From: a virus
Taxonomy: Duplodnaviria > Caudoviricetes
Strand: one strand, 5' to 3'
Virus record (IMG/VR): IMGVR_UViG_3300025018_000018
Location: 1-52,349 of that record
Length of the DNA: 52,349 nucleotides
The notes under the pieces are model-generated. The model worked only from the letters and a program-made list of their open reading frames with translations. It ran no database searches and was not told where the DNA came from. The translations under genes and the position numbers were made by a program. Shown one piece after another: positions 9,323 through 17,905 of the stretch. Position 1 is the first letter of the stretch; each line of letters begins with the position of its first letter.

Positions 9323-9755
9323 TGTCTATCAAATACCTGGATTTAGCCGCTACGAGGTTCGTACAAATATCATTGTGGAAAAGGCTACGGGAAATGAGAT
9401 TGAACCCCGATCCATGCGCGGAAACTATCAATATGTTCACATCACAAATGATAGAAGTATCACACGCACATACAGTTACTTGCGTATTCTAGCTCTAGCG
9501 TATCATGGCTATCACCCACTAGGGCAGGCGTTCTATGCCCATCATTGGGGCGGCGAACTAAATAAAAAAACAGTTGTCTGGCTGCCAGCGCGCACCGTGA
9601 TACGGTTGAGAAAAGGCAAGCTATCACAAAATCACCGACACCAAATCCGAGAGGAATATTGGAATCTGCCTGTAACAATGAAAAAACTGGCAACGCAACA
9701 TGGCGTAAGCCTAGCGACAATTTCCCGCATTATTGCGGAAGGTTATCGGAACTAA
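9303..9755 (+). CDS. NUMOD4-like / degenerate HNH protein with C-terminal HTH
   Basis: YQIPGFSRYEV (NUMOD4-like); LRILALAYHG; eroded HNH segment; KKLATQHGVSLATISRII HTH. Confidence 0.65.
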   Translation: MPKAHADVYQIPGFSRYEVRTNIIVEKATGNEIEPRSMRGNYQYVHITNDRSITRTYSYLRILALAYHGYHPLGQAFYAHHWGGELNKKTVVWLPARTVIRLRKGKLSQNHRHQIREEYWNLPVTMKKLATQHGVSLATISRIIAEGYRN

Positions 9756-9782
9756 GCGAGTTGTTTCAATAGTGTAAAAGCA

Positions 9783-9866
9783 ACACCGCCTCACAGGGAG
9801 AGGCTTTGCACACGCTAACGGCGTGGTGTCAACAAGAGCAAGCGCGGGAGCGTCCCTGTAGCTCCC
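9783..9866 (+). ncRNA. Candidate structured RNA with loop-loop pseudoknot
   Basis: Hairpins GCCTC-ACAGGGA-GAGGC, CACGC-TAACG-GCGTG and GGGAGC-GTCCCTGTA-GCTCCC; loop ACAGGGA is complementary to TCCCTGT in the third loop. Confidence 0.6.
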
Positions 9867-9893
9867 AGCTTTCTAGCAATCAGGAGTTATATC

Positions 9894-10235
9894 ATGGGCA
9901 AGAAATGTGAATACTGTGGGCGGTTCATGAAGTTGTCCGACCTACTTCCAGATGATGATGAATTTGATATTGAACTAGCGATCAAATGCGGATTGCTTCC
10001 AGAAGATGAGCAGGAAGCATATGGCGATTTCGACGGAGAGTGGTCGCGCTTCCGGTTTGTGTATGACCAATGGCACTGTGATAATTGCGATGTTATGGAA
10101 GATCACACACAAGGTAAGCGGTATTACTGGAATGCCGACAGTGGAAATTATGACGCTAATGCACCACTTACGCCTGCGGAGATTGATGCGCTAGAACGCC
10201 AGGCTGCGGGTCAGTTGCCACTATTTGATAAATGA
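9894..10235 (+). CDS. Zinc-finger protein with C-terminal QLPLF clamp-binding-like motif
   Basis: CEYC and CDNC pairs; RBS AGGAG; ends GQLPLFDK. Confidence 0.75.
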   Translation: MGKKCEYCGRFMKLSDLLPDDDEFDIELAIKCGLLPEDEQEAYGDFDGEWSRFRFVYDQWHCDNCDVMEDHTQGKRYYWNADSGNYDANAPLTPAEIDALERQAAGQLPLFDK

Positions 10236-10606
10236 TGACCGCCATCATGCTATTTGACAACTGGAACTACATAGACGATCTCGTATATATTAGCGAGATC
10301 GAAGGGTCAATGTTCTGGATGGAAGACGCAGCCTGGACAGCAGCGCGAAGAATTGGATGGCGTGGGCTGTGGGAGATGCTTCAAGAGTCAGAGGAGAGCG
10401 ACCAGCAAAACGCGATTCTCCAAGCCCTCACATATACCCGATCACGCCTAGCCTCATACATCATCACGCAGATGTATGAGCAGATCATCGACCAATGGTT
10501 TGCAGATGACATCCTAGACTATCTGCGACCACGATGCACCCCGCCGCGTGTCATCTATGGCACGCCACCGGCACAGCCGAAACCCGTACAATTGAGTTTG
10601 TTCTAG
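10232..10606 (+). CDS. Hypothetical protein with terminal QLSLF clamp-binding motif
   Basis: ATGA overlap; ends PKPVQLSLF-stop. Confidence 0.75.
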   Translation: MMTAIMLFDNWNYIDDLVYISEIEGSMFWMEDAAWTAARRIGWRGLWEMLQESEESDQQNAILQALTYTRSRLASYIITQMYEQIIDQWFADDILDYLRPRCTPPRVIYGTPPAQPKPVQLSLF

Positions 10607-10614
10607 GAGCAAAC

Positions 10615-10833
10615 ATGAATAGTCTACAAAACGAATTTGACCAACTTACACCTGAAGCACAAGATGTTTTGATAAAACTGTTTAATGGGCAATCCGCATA
10701 TCCAACACACGCCGCAAAGAAGCAATTGATTGATGGTGAATGGTGTGTGCCACATCCCTATATGGCGTTTGCTTACGGATACGGTGACAAGACAAAAGAA
10801 TTGTTTGATGGATGGAAAGAATCACAGCCATGA
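10615..10833 (+). CDS. Hypothetical protein
   Basis: RBS AGGAG before the ATG at 10615. Confidence 0.7.
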   Translation: MNSLQNEFDQLTPEAQDVLIKLFNGQSAYPTHAAKKQLIDGEWCVPHPYMAFAYGYGDKTKELFDGWKESQP

Positions 10834-11234
10834 ACATAACACTCTACACTGATGGCGCATGTTCGGGTAACAATGGCGGCTGGGCGTTTGTCCTGGTCGC
10901 CACATCGGAAAGTGGGAATGTCATCAAGCAGATCGAAAACTTCGGCGCAGTCGCAGACACAACCAATAACCGCATGGAGATGGTCGCCGTGATTGAGGGC
11001 TTAAACGCCATTACCCGTTCATGCCGCGTGCATATCGTTTCTGATAGCCTCTATGTCATCAACACCATGACGCAGGGGTGGAAGCGCAAAAAGAATCACG
11101 ACCTCTGGCAGCAGCTAGACGCTGCCGTGAGCCGCCATAGCGTCACCTGGGAGCATGTACGAGGGCATCAGGGACACGCCTATAACGAACGCTGTGATGA
11201 ATTAGCAGTCGCAGCTAGGAAGGAACTTGTATGA
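10830..11234 (+). CDS. rnhA: Ribonuclease HI
   Basis: YTDGACSGN, TTNNRMEM, SDSLYV, KNHDLWQQL, WEHVRGHQGHAYNERCDELA; all catalytic acidic residues present. Confidence 0.97.
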   Translation: MNITLYTDGACSGNNGGWAFVLVATSESGNVIKQIENFGAVADTTNNRMEMVAVIEGLNAITRSCRVHIVSDSLYVINTMTQGWKRKKNHDLWQQLDAAVSRHSVTWEHVRGHQGHAYNERCDELAVAARKELV

Positions 11235-12670
11235 CCATCACCATGACCGACTTTTTCTGTTGGGCAGGTGGGACAACGGATGGCGCAATCCGTGTCCCAG
11301 ACGTTGAAGTGAAATACGCAATCAACCACTGGCAACAGGCGATTGATACCCATTCGCTCAATCACCCCCAGGCGGATCACTTTGTCAGCGATATTCAAAC
11401 CACGCCGCCATCGTATTACCCCGCGACGGATATTGCTTGGATGTCACCTTCATGCACGTTCCATTCAAGTGCTAGAGGGGCAAAGATTAAAGGTCGCCAC
11501 CAACTGTCATTCTGGAATGATGAATTTGACCCAGAGGCAGAACGTTCCCGCGCTACCATGCGAGAAGTTGTGGATATGACCGCTTACCATCGCTATAAAT
11601 ACGTGCTGGTGGAGAACGTCGTCAACGTCCGCGATTGGGAATTCTATCATGATTGGTGGGACGCGATGGTCACTCTAGGCTATCAGGGCAAAACGGTCTA
11701 CCTCAACAGCATGTTTTTTGATGTGCCACAATCGCGTGATCGCTGGTATACGGTCTGGTGGCGTAACGATATGCCCGCGCCTGATCTGGATTTCCGTCCG
11801 CGTGCCTACTGCGAACACTGTGATAATCAGGTAAACGCGGTGCAGGTGTGGAAGAATCCAGAGAAACAATATGGCAAATACGGCAGCAGAAATCAGTATC
11901 TCTATCGTTGCCCAGATTGCTATAACCGTGTGCATCCGTTCGTCAATGGCGCGTACACGGTCATTGACTGGACGCTCCACACGCCCACCATCGGCAGTCG
12001 TAAAAAGCCCCTTGTCCCTAAGACAATCGAACGTATCCGGGCAGGACTTGAAAAGCTGCGGCGGCAGGCAATGACCTACCAGTTATCCTACAATGGCAAG
12101 GTGAGAGACTTGAACGATCCCTTGCGGACACAAACCACCCGGCAGGATCAGGCACTCTATCTCTCGCCGTTCGTGATGAGCTACTACACACGAAAGAACA
12201 CAAGTTGGAGTACAGAGCAACCACTCGCCACCATTACATCGCAGAACCGGCACGCCCTTATCGTACCGTACTGGCACACCGTCCCGCCGCGTGGGCTGGA
12301 TCAGCCATTAGGTACGCTCACCGCGTCTGCCACCCACGATTACCTGCTGGATGCCCACCCCGCAATCATGGCGTACTACAACAATGCTGTGATGAAAGAT
12401 GCTCAAGAGCCAATGCCAACGCTCCGCACAAAAGACAGCCACGCGCTCCTGATGTTCCCGCCAGATTTGCAGATTACCAACGAGTTCATCATGGAGTCCG
12501 GATTTAGGATGCTAGAACCGCATGAGCTTCAGCAGGGGATGGCATTTCCTGTCACATATAAGTTTCTGGGCAGCAAGAAAGTCCAGGTTAAATTGATTGG
12601 TAACGCCGTTACACCGCCCGTTGCCACATGGCTGATAGGGCAGGTGGCTAAAGCAATGAAGGGAGCATAA
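11231..12670 (+). CDS. DNA (cytosine-5) methyltransferase
   Basis: DFFCWAGG (I), SPSCT (IV), VENV (VI), QSRDR (VIII), RMLEPHEL and IGNAVTPP (IX/X). Confidence 0.95.
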   Translation: MTITMTDFFCWAGGTTDGAIRVPDVEVKYAINHWQQAIDTHSLNHPQADHFVSDIQTTPPSYYPATDIAWMSPSCTFHSSARGAKIKGRHQLSFWNDEFDPEAERSRATMREVVDMTAYHRYKYVLVENVVNVRDWEFYHDWWDAMVTLGYQGKTVYLNSMFFDVPQSRDRWYTVWWRNDMPAPDLDFRPRAYCEHCDNQVNAVQVWKNPEKQYGKYGSRNQYLYRCPDCYNRVHPFVNGAYTVIDWTLHTPTIGSRKKPLVPKTIERIRAGLEKLRRQAMTYQLSYNGKVRDLNDPLRTQTTRQDQALYLSPFVMSYYTRKNTSWSTEQPLATITSQNRHALIVPYWHTVPPRGLDQPLGTLTASATHDYLLDAHPAIMAYYNNAVMKDAQEPMPTLRTKDSHALLMFPPDLQITNEFIMESGFRMLEPHELQQGMAFPVTYKFLGSKKVQVKLIGNAVTPPVATWLIGQVAKAMKGA

Positions 12671-12671
12671 G

Positions 12672-13214
12672 ATGAAAACCGCCAAACAGATAGAAACAAA
12701 AATCGCACAACTTAAGGAACGCATTTACTGCCTAGAAGAAATCACAAACGCGCCAATGCAAACACCGGGACCATTTGTAACAGGGCGCAGCGGCTATACA
12801 ATGGGCAAACGTCTGGATGCGGAAAATGAACGTAAAGCGAACGCCTTCCGCTTGCTCCAAGCAAACAAGCGCGAACTATCACAATTGGAATCGATCCTCG
12901 CTGGATATTACGCAGGTGAGTGTCATCTGGATGGACGACCATGCGCCAATGCACCGAGCCGCCAGCGGCGTGCCGAGCAACAGAACCTTCGCGCTCAATT
13001 TATGCGTGAACACATCAAGAAAGGGGATACGGTTGCTATTGCAGAAAACCCACGAAACAGCATAACCGTGAAGCGCGTTAACGCAAAAAGCGTTACATCG
13101 TCTGCTGGAACACTATGGCGATATGATGAAATCCTGCTTATGGAAGATGGGCATGTGATGAGCGATGATACATTACGCGCCAAGCTGCAAGCATGGTTTT
13201 CTAACCGATCCTAA
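12672..13214 (+). CDS. Hypothetical protein, possible C-terminal SH3/KOW-like barrel
   Basis: IKKGDTV...TVKRVNAKSVT pattern; RBS GGGAG. Confidence 0.65.
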   Translation: MKTAKQIETKIAQLKERIYCLEEITNAPMQTPGPFVTGRSGYTMGKRLDAENERKANAFRLLQANKRELSQLESILAGYYAGECHLDGRPCANAPSRQRRAEQQNLRAQFMREHIKKGDTVAIAENPRNSITVKRVNAKSVTSSAGTLWRYDEILLMEDGHVMSDDTLRAKLQAWFSNRS

Positions 13215-13267
13215 CCCCAAATGTGTGCATATTTCTGTATAATAAGAGAAAGTAAATTAACAGGAAC

Positions 13268-14233
13268 ATGCACATGCGTTACCTATACCTACTCACGTTT
13301 TTACTACTCCTAGTCATCGCACCAGCCGCAGCCATTCAGGTGAATGGCACAGCCGAGATTGTTGCCTTAACAGATATATCAGGCGACTGTGGTCAATCCC
13401 CCTGGATCTATGATGAATATATCGCAGCCCCCACATCAGGGTTTTATTTTGATGTTGATGTTGCAAATGTTACAGCTACGAATGCAGATCGTATTGATAT
13501 TATGGCACCGGGGCTTATCAATGAGACTGACTGGTTTTGGGTTGTAGTATTCGACGCACTAGGCAACCCAATTGCTGGCAGACGCTGGAATCCTTCAGTT
13601 GGACAAATATGGTTACAAAGTCCTGGATGGGCAGTGGCACTCCCGTTTGTTGGTGGATGGGTAACACCTCAGGCTAAACCGTTTATCATGAAAGTTTATG
13701 ATACTGACGGGACAAATCCTGATCCTGATTGGGTATGGGATGTAATCGCATTCGGCGATATTGCTGTGTCTGCGCCTTTTGATCCCTCGAATGCAAGTGC
13801 TGCCTGTGCCGCACTACCGGAATCTGATCCATACAATTTTACGGTGCAGCCTGTTCCACGCCCTGAAGACGAAGATTCCATTGGCGAAGAAACAGGCTTA
13901 ACCCCATCAGGAACATCATTAGCGATATATACATCAGATGGTGGCAATCAGCTTGATTTCTGGGGTGTTAATGGAGATGCTGAGGGATATTATCTAGCAT
14001 CGCTATCGGCAGCAGAGATACCAGTAGCATCTCCATTAGAAAACACGCTCATCAAATCCAGCGGTGATCTGACCGTGTGGCATCTTAGTACCGGAGAGGT
14101 ACAGGTTAATTGGACGAACGCGCAGGGCAAAACATTCGTCTATGTGTTCGATGACATCCCATATAGCAGCGTGTATAGCTATGTGATTGATCCTAATCCT
14201 GAGCCGGAGGCAACGCCAGAAGTCGGAATGTAA
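13268..14233 (+). CDS. Secreted/surface protein with Sec signal peptide (moron-like cargo)
   Basis: MRYLYLLTFLLLLVIAPAAA signal peptide; own TATAAT upstream and terminator downstream. Confidence 0.8.
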   Translation: MHMRYLYLLTFLLLLVIAPAAAIQVNGTAEIVALTDISGDCGQSPWIYDEYIAAPTSGFYFDVDVANVTATNADRIDIMAPGLINETDWFWVVVFDALGNPIAGRRWNPSVGQIWLQSPGWAVALPFVGGWVTPQAKPFIMKVYDTDGTNPDPDWVWDVIAFGDIAVSAPFDPSNASAACAALPESDPYNFTVQPVPRPEDEDSIGEETGLTPSGTSLAIYTSDGGNQLDFWGVNGDAEGYYLASLSAAEIPVASPLENTLIKSSGDLTVWHLSTGEVQVNWTNAQGKTFVYVFDDIPYSSVYSYVIDPNPEPEATPEVGM

Positions 14234-14253
14234 GCAACATGCAAAATTTGCAT

Positions 14254-14279
14254 AGACCCCCATTTCCTGGGGGTCTTTT
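14254..14279 (+). terminator. Rho-independent terminator
   Basis: AGACCCC-ATTTCCTG-GGGGTCT followed by TTT. Confidence 0.75.
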
Positions 14280-14354
14280 GATTCTGGCAGGTTGACAGAA
14301 TATTGTATCCGGATTCAACCTCTTTCCTCTCATAATTCTTTAATGTAAAACCCA

Positions 14355-14409
14355 TTGACTAACTAACGTTACTTGCTTTATAATGAGAGTATCAAATAAC
14401 GTTAGTTAA
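14355..14409 (+). promoter_or_regulatory. Promoter with two TAACGTTA operators
   Basis: TTGACT-18 bp-TATAAT; 22-bp AGTATCAAATAACGTTAGTTAA is identical to 17132-17153. Confidence 0.8.
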
Positions 14410-14427
14410 TTAGACAAGGACAAACTC

Positions 14428-14904
14428 ATGACAACATTCTCACTGAAAGACCAATCCTCAAAGCCCTACGCATGGATGATCGAAGGCGTGGAACTCGAAG
14501 ACGTGGAACGTGCAGGTGTGGAAGCCTGGGTGCGCGATTACGCGAAGGGAACCATCATGACCTTCGCCCAATGCGACGACTCCGATGCTAACGATGAAAC
14601 CATTTATCGCAACTGGCGGCGGGATACTTATGAGTTCGAGCAGGCAGTAGAGTTCATCAGCGAGTGCATCAATGAGGAACTGCACCCAGATGTAGAAGCC
14701 GAGTTCTCGGTTTCCTCTCCGTACAACCCTGGTGAATGGCGACTGTCCCGCAAGGTCTACGGACCACGCGGCGGTGTGAGTTGGGTTCGGATACACAGCA
14801 CCCCGGCAACAGGTGGTCTGCTGAAGCTGCGCGTTCCTAAGGGTGATTATAAAGTCACCTATTGGGGCAACGGTTTCCCGAACTCATACGAAATGAGCGT
14901 GTAG
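14428..14904 (+). CDS. Hypothetical protein
   Basis: RBS AAGGA; first gene after the promoter. Confidence 0.75.
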   Translation: MTTFSLKDQSSKPYAWMIEGVELEDVERAGVEAWVRDYAKGTIMTFAQCDDSDANDETIYRNWRRDTYEFEQAVEFISECINEELHPDVEAEFSVSSPYNPGEWRLSRKVYGPRGGVSWVRIHSTPATGGLLKLRVPKGDYKVTYWGNGFPNSYEMSV

Positions 14905-14905
14905 C

Positions 14906-15103
14906 ATGTACATCAATACATGGATCAACACAGATACAGGTGAAATTATCAAGAATTCGCCGGATCGCCCAGCAGGTGAGTACATCCACCCGCGCTATGC
15001 ACCAACCCGGATGCTCTCCCGCAATCGCTACATCCCTTACGAAGGGAATAGCGAATGGGTTAAGGCGGCTAATCGCGCGATGGCGCACAATAGCCGCCCA
15101 TAA
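14906..15103 (+). CDS. Hypothetical protein
   Basis: 65-aa ORF directly after the previous stop. Confidence 0.6.
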   Translation: MYINTWINTDTGEIIKNSPDRPAGEYIHPRYAPTRMLSRNRYIPYEGNSEWVKAANRAMAHNSRP

Positions 15104-15148
15104 ACCGTAGGGGAGAGACATCTCCCCATTTATCATTTAGGAGGAACA

Positions 15149-15670
15149 ATGTACAACGCAGAACAGCTAATCAACCAGGTCATCAACCGCGTAACAGATC
15201 ATTTGCGCTGGAAGTTTTTGAACGCGCTTTACTTCGCACATCCAGAATTGCCCATCGAACCACACCCGCTGCAACAATCGCCACTCCATGAGATCATCAC
15301 GACACTCGTCAAGGTCGCCAATGGCAAAACCGAAGGACAGAACCCCGGCGAGGTTATGGAGATGTGTCAGGACATTGCAGAAACGCTCTATAGCGTCCCA
15401 CTGGAAAACGCCTACACCATCCCGCCCCACTTCTGGGAGACGGACATGGGGCAGGTCATCCTTCGCGCTCAGATATGGGCATCCGGCGACGAACTCATTA
15501 CCATCTCTGATGCTGCGGAACTCGTGCATGGCGAGAACACGCAGAACAACCGCATGAAGATTCAGCGTGCCATCAAGCGCGGTGATCTGACCGCATATGT
15601 CGATAAGGCAGAGCCAAACCCGCAGCGCAGCACGCGGGTCAGTAAGCGCGAGGTCGAGAGCCTTGAGTAA
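15149..15670 (+). CDS. DNA-binding protein with C-terminal MerR/excisionase-like HTH
   Basis: ELITISDAAELV...KIQRAIKRGDL...RVSKREVESL; RBS AGGAGG. Confidence 0.7.
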   Translation: MYNAEQLINQVINRVTDHLRWKFLNALYFAHPELPIEPHPLQQSPLHEIITTLVKVANGKTEGQNPGEVMEMCQDIAETLYSVPLENAYTIPPHFWETDMGQVILRAQIWASGDELITISDAAELVHGENTQNNRMKIQRAIKRGDLTAYVDKAEPNPQRSTRVSKREVESLE

Positions 15671-16817
15671 TCCCTGGGCGTTTGAAACGATGGTCAACTT
15701 GGCTGACATCTATTGGGATGTCATCACCAAGCCCATGACCGACGACGAGACCAAAGCGCGGTTCATGTATATGTATATGACCATGAAGCTAGCGGTTGAG
15801 GCAGCGGTTGAGGACCTTAGCCTGCTGCCGCGTCACCTGCTGCCCGATACAATCCGCGAGGTTAACGATGCGTATCATGTTGCGTTGGTCATCGCCAGCG
15901 GCATCCATCATGGCAGGCGCATCAGCAAGGCAGAGATTAACTGGCTATGTCGTGCGGATCAGGGTATCTATACGCAACAGAACCTCGTCAGGTACATTGC
16001 GCCATCCACTGATGTAAACATCAACGTGGATATGACAGACATGGATGATACGATCACCAGCCTGGAACGCCACCTTCGTGAGAACATGCCTGACGAGTTG
16101 CGTGCAAATCCAGAGGCAATTGCGCTGGCGGATGCGTTCCGTATCCAGATGCTCAAAAAGGCAGACGATGATAGCAATGGCAGAGCACCGCTGATTGGAC
16201 AATTCGTTCTCACGCGCACCGGCTTAGACATTGTGGACGCGCTCGGTGTGGATCACCTACGCATCATCACCAATCCGTCTGGCATCTGGATCAGCCTCAT
16301 CTTTGGCAATCATTATTCGCTGGGATGGTGGTCGCCCAGCTACGACAATCTAAACCTGCAATTCGGACAGCGGTACGCCTGGATTTTCCGCACCATGCTT
16401 GCCTGCCTGTGGTACGATCTGCGCGTGGTAAAACGCTCACACTTCCGTGTTAAGCCTGTCGATGAGCGTAACGCTTGGCAGGGCAGGGCGAAACAAAAAA
16501 CTGGTGTGCGTCCACTCGTGCTGCCCAGAACCGTGCGCGAAATCACCTGGGATGATGGTATCAAACACGCCTGGGAACAATCGCGTGGGGTGATGTCACA
16601 GCACCCGGTACGCGCTCACTATCGCCTGCTAACGAACGATCAGCAGGCATCCGAACAGGCAATCGACAACGCGCTTAATCATGGCTTTCCAGAGCCGCCA
16701 GACGGTTACACTTTTGTGCGCCCGTATTGGGTGGGCGAAGGTGACGGCTCCCTGCCGCCACAGCGGATCGTAGCGAAGGGCTTGCAGGCTGCTAAGGTCG
16801 CATTAAGCAGATTATAG
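15663..16817 (+). CDS. Hypothetical phage protein with C-terminal HxVRxHxR...FVRPYWVG motif
   Basis: QHPVRAHYRLL and YTFVRPYWVG; start uncertain (TTG 15663 or ATG 15690). Confidence 0.75.
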   Translation: MSNPWAFETMVNLADIYWDVITKPMTDDETKARFMYMYMTMKLAVEAAVEDLSLLPRHLLPDTIREVNDAYHVALVIASGIHHGRRISKAEINWLCRADQGIYTQQNLVRYIAPSTDVNINVDMTDMDDTITSLERHLRENMPDELRANPEAIALADAFRIQMLKKADDDSNGRAPLIGQFVLTRTGLDIVDALGVDHLRIITNPSGIWISLIFGNHYSLGWWSPSYDNLNLQFGQRYAWIFRTMLACLWYDLRVVKRSHFRVKPVDERNAWQGRAKQKTGVRPLVLPRTVREITWDDGIKHAWEQSRGVMSQHPVRAHYRLLTNDQQASEQAIDNALNHGFPEPPDGYTFVRPYWVGEGDGSLPPQRIVAKGLQAAKVALSRL

Positions 16818-16826
16818 AGGAGCATC

Positions 16827-17078
16827 ATGGACGATTTGACACCAGAACAGATTGAGGCGATCAAGGCGTATCACGCAGAAGCTGAGGCGAAACTGGAAAC
16901 CATCCAGAGCTATATCAATGCGACGCTGACACTAATCCAGCAGGCAAAGGCGGCAGGGCATACGGACATCCCACAGGAAGCTGAAATGTGGGAAATCATC
17001 GCTAAAGCTGACTGGGCAGAGGATGAGCTTATAGGCAGGCTGCGAGAAATTGTCAAGCAGTTAGGGTCAAAGATTTAA
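16827..17078 (+). CDS. Hypothetical protein
   Basis: RBS GAGGAG. Confidence 0.75.
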   Translation: MDDLTPEQIEAIKAYHAEAEAKLETIQSYINATLTLIQQAKAAGHTDIPQEAEMWEIIAKADWAEDELIGRLREIVKQLGSKI

Positions 17079-17099
17079 TCTAATCTTAATCTAAATTGC

Positions 17100-17153
17100 T
17101 TTACAACTAACGTTAGTTGATATATACTTTAAGTATCAAATAACGTTAGTTAA
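17100..17153 (+). promoter_or_regulatory. Promoter with perfect 16-bp operator CAACTAACGTTAGTTG
   Basis: TTTACA-17 bp-TATACT; palindrome at 17104-17119; second site within 17132-17153. Confidence 0.8.
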
Positions 17154-17168
17154 GCGAGTGATGAAATA

Positions 17169-17378
17169 ATGACCACCTTAATCCAGAACTGTATCAACAT
17201 GACAATCGCCGAGAGCCGTTCCCAGACGTTTATCTTCGCTGAGTGGGAACTCACAATGATCGTCGTGTTTGATGGCGACGGACTCGTCGTCGAGCTGCAC
17301 GACTGGATTTATGGTGATCAACTCGTAACTGACGATTTCTCAACCGTCGTAGCGGCACTCGAAACCGCTATTAGCTAA
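17169..17378 (+). CDS. Hypothetical protein
   Basis: First ORF after the promoter. Confidence 0.65.
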   Translation: MTTLIQNCINMTIAESRSQTFIFAEWELTMIVVFDGDGLVVELHDWIYGDQLVTDDFSTVVAALETAIS

Positions 17379-17391
17379 GAAAGAGGAAAGC

Positions 17392-17673
17392 ATGAACCAA
17401 AAAATCAGTATTAATGAAGCAAAGCGGATGATTAAAGGTAGTAACCTGATTGTCAAGGATGTGTCAGGCAGCGGCAGCTACGGCTATAAATTCGCCATCT
17501 TCCGCGGCGAAACCATCACCGAACCGATTGTTGATACCCGCGCAGTTGGTGAACCACTGGTCGGCTCTATCAGCATCTATGAGCCGGAAACACGCAACAA
17601 AGCCGGTGGCATGGGCGCATTTCGCACCGTGTTTAATCGCCAGGACGTTGAACGCCTAGTCAGTAGTAAATAG
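17392..17673 (+). CDS. Hypothetical protein
   Basis: RBS GAGGA. Confidence 0.75.
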   Translation: MNQKISINEAKRMIKGSNLIVKDVSGSGSYGYKFAIFRGETITEPIVDTRAVGEPLVGSISIYEPETRNKAGGMGAFRTVFNRQDVERLVSSK

Positions 17674-17758
17674 GGGATAACCCCTAAAGACAAACCCTGC
17701 CAGTGGGGTACACTGGCAATATCGAATGAACGAATAGAATAGAATGAGGAGCAAGATC

Positions 17759-17797
17759 ATGGCAAACCAAGAATTCACAGTTGATACAAGTAAATAG
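17759..17797 (+). CDS. Possible 12-aa micropeptide MANQEFTVDTSK (or gene remnant)
   Basis: RBS GAGGAG 7 nt before the ATG; terminator follows directly. Confidence 0.35.
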   Translation: MANQEFTVDTSK

Positions 17798-17803
17798 ATA
17801 CGA

Positions 17804-17831
17804 AGCCCTGGCGATTGTCAGGGCTTTTTTT
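17804..17831 (+). terminator. Rho-independent terminator ending the + strand early region
   Basis: AAGCCCTGGC-GATT-GTCAGGGCTT then T-run. Confidence 0.85.
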
Positions 17832-17905
17832 GATGTATTTTTACTACCCTGAATATACATTTTGTGTAGTAAATATCATTAATATATTCCACGTATCAAC
17901 CACGC

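Noticed and set aside
9757-9875. Structured region as tRNA, hammerhead, SAM-I, c-di-GMP or cobalamin riboswitch
   Set aside because: No TTCG T-loop, no CTGATGA/GAAA core and none of the riboswitch consensus blocks were seen
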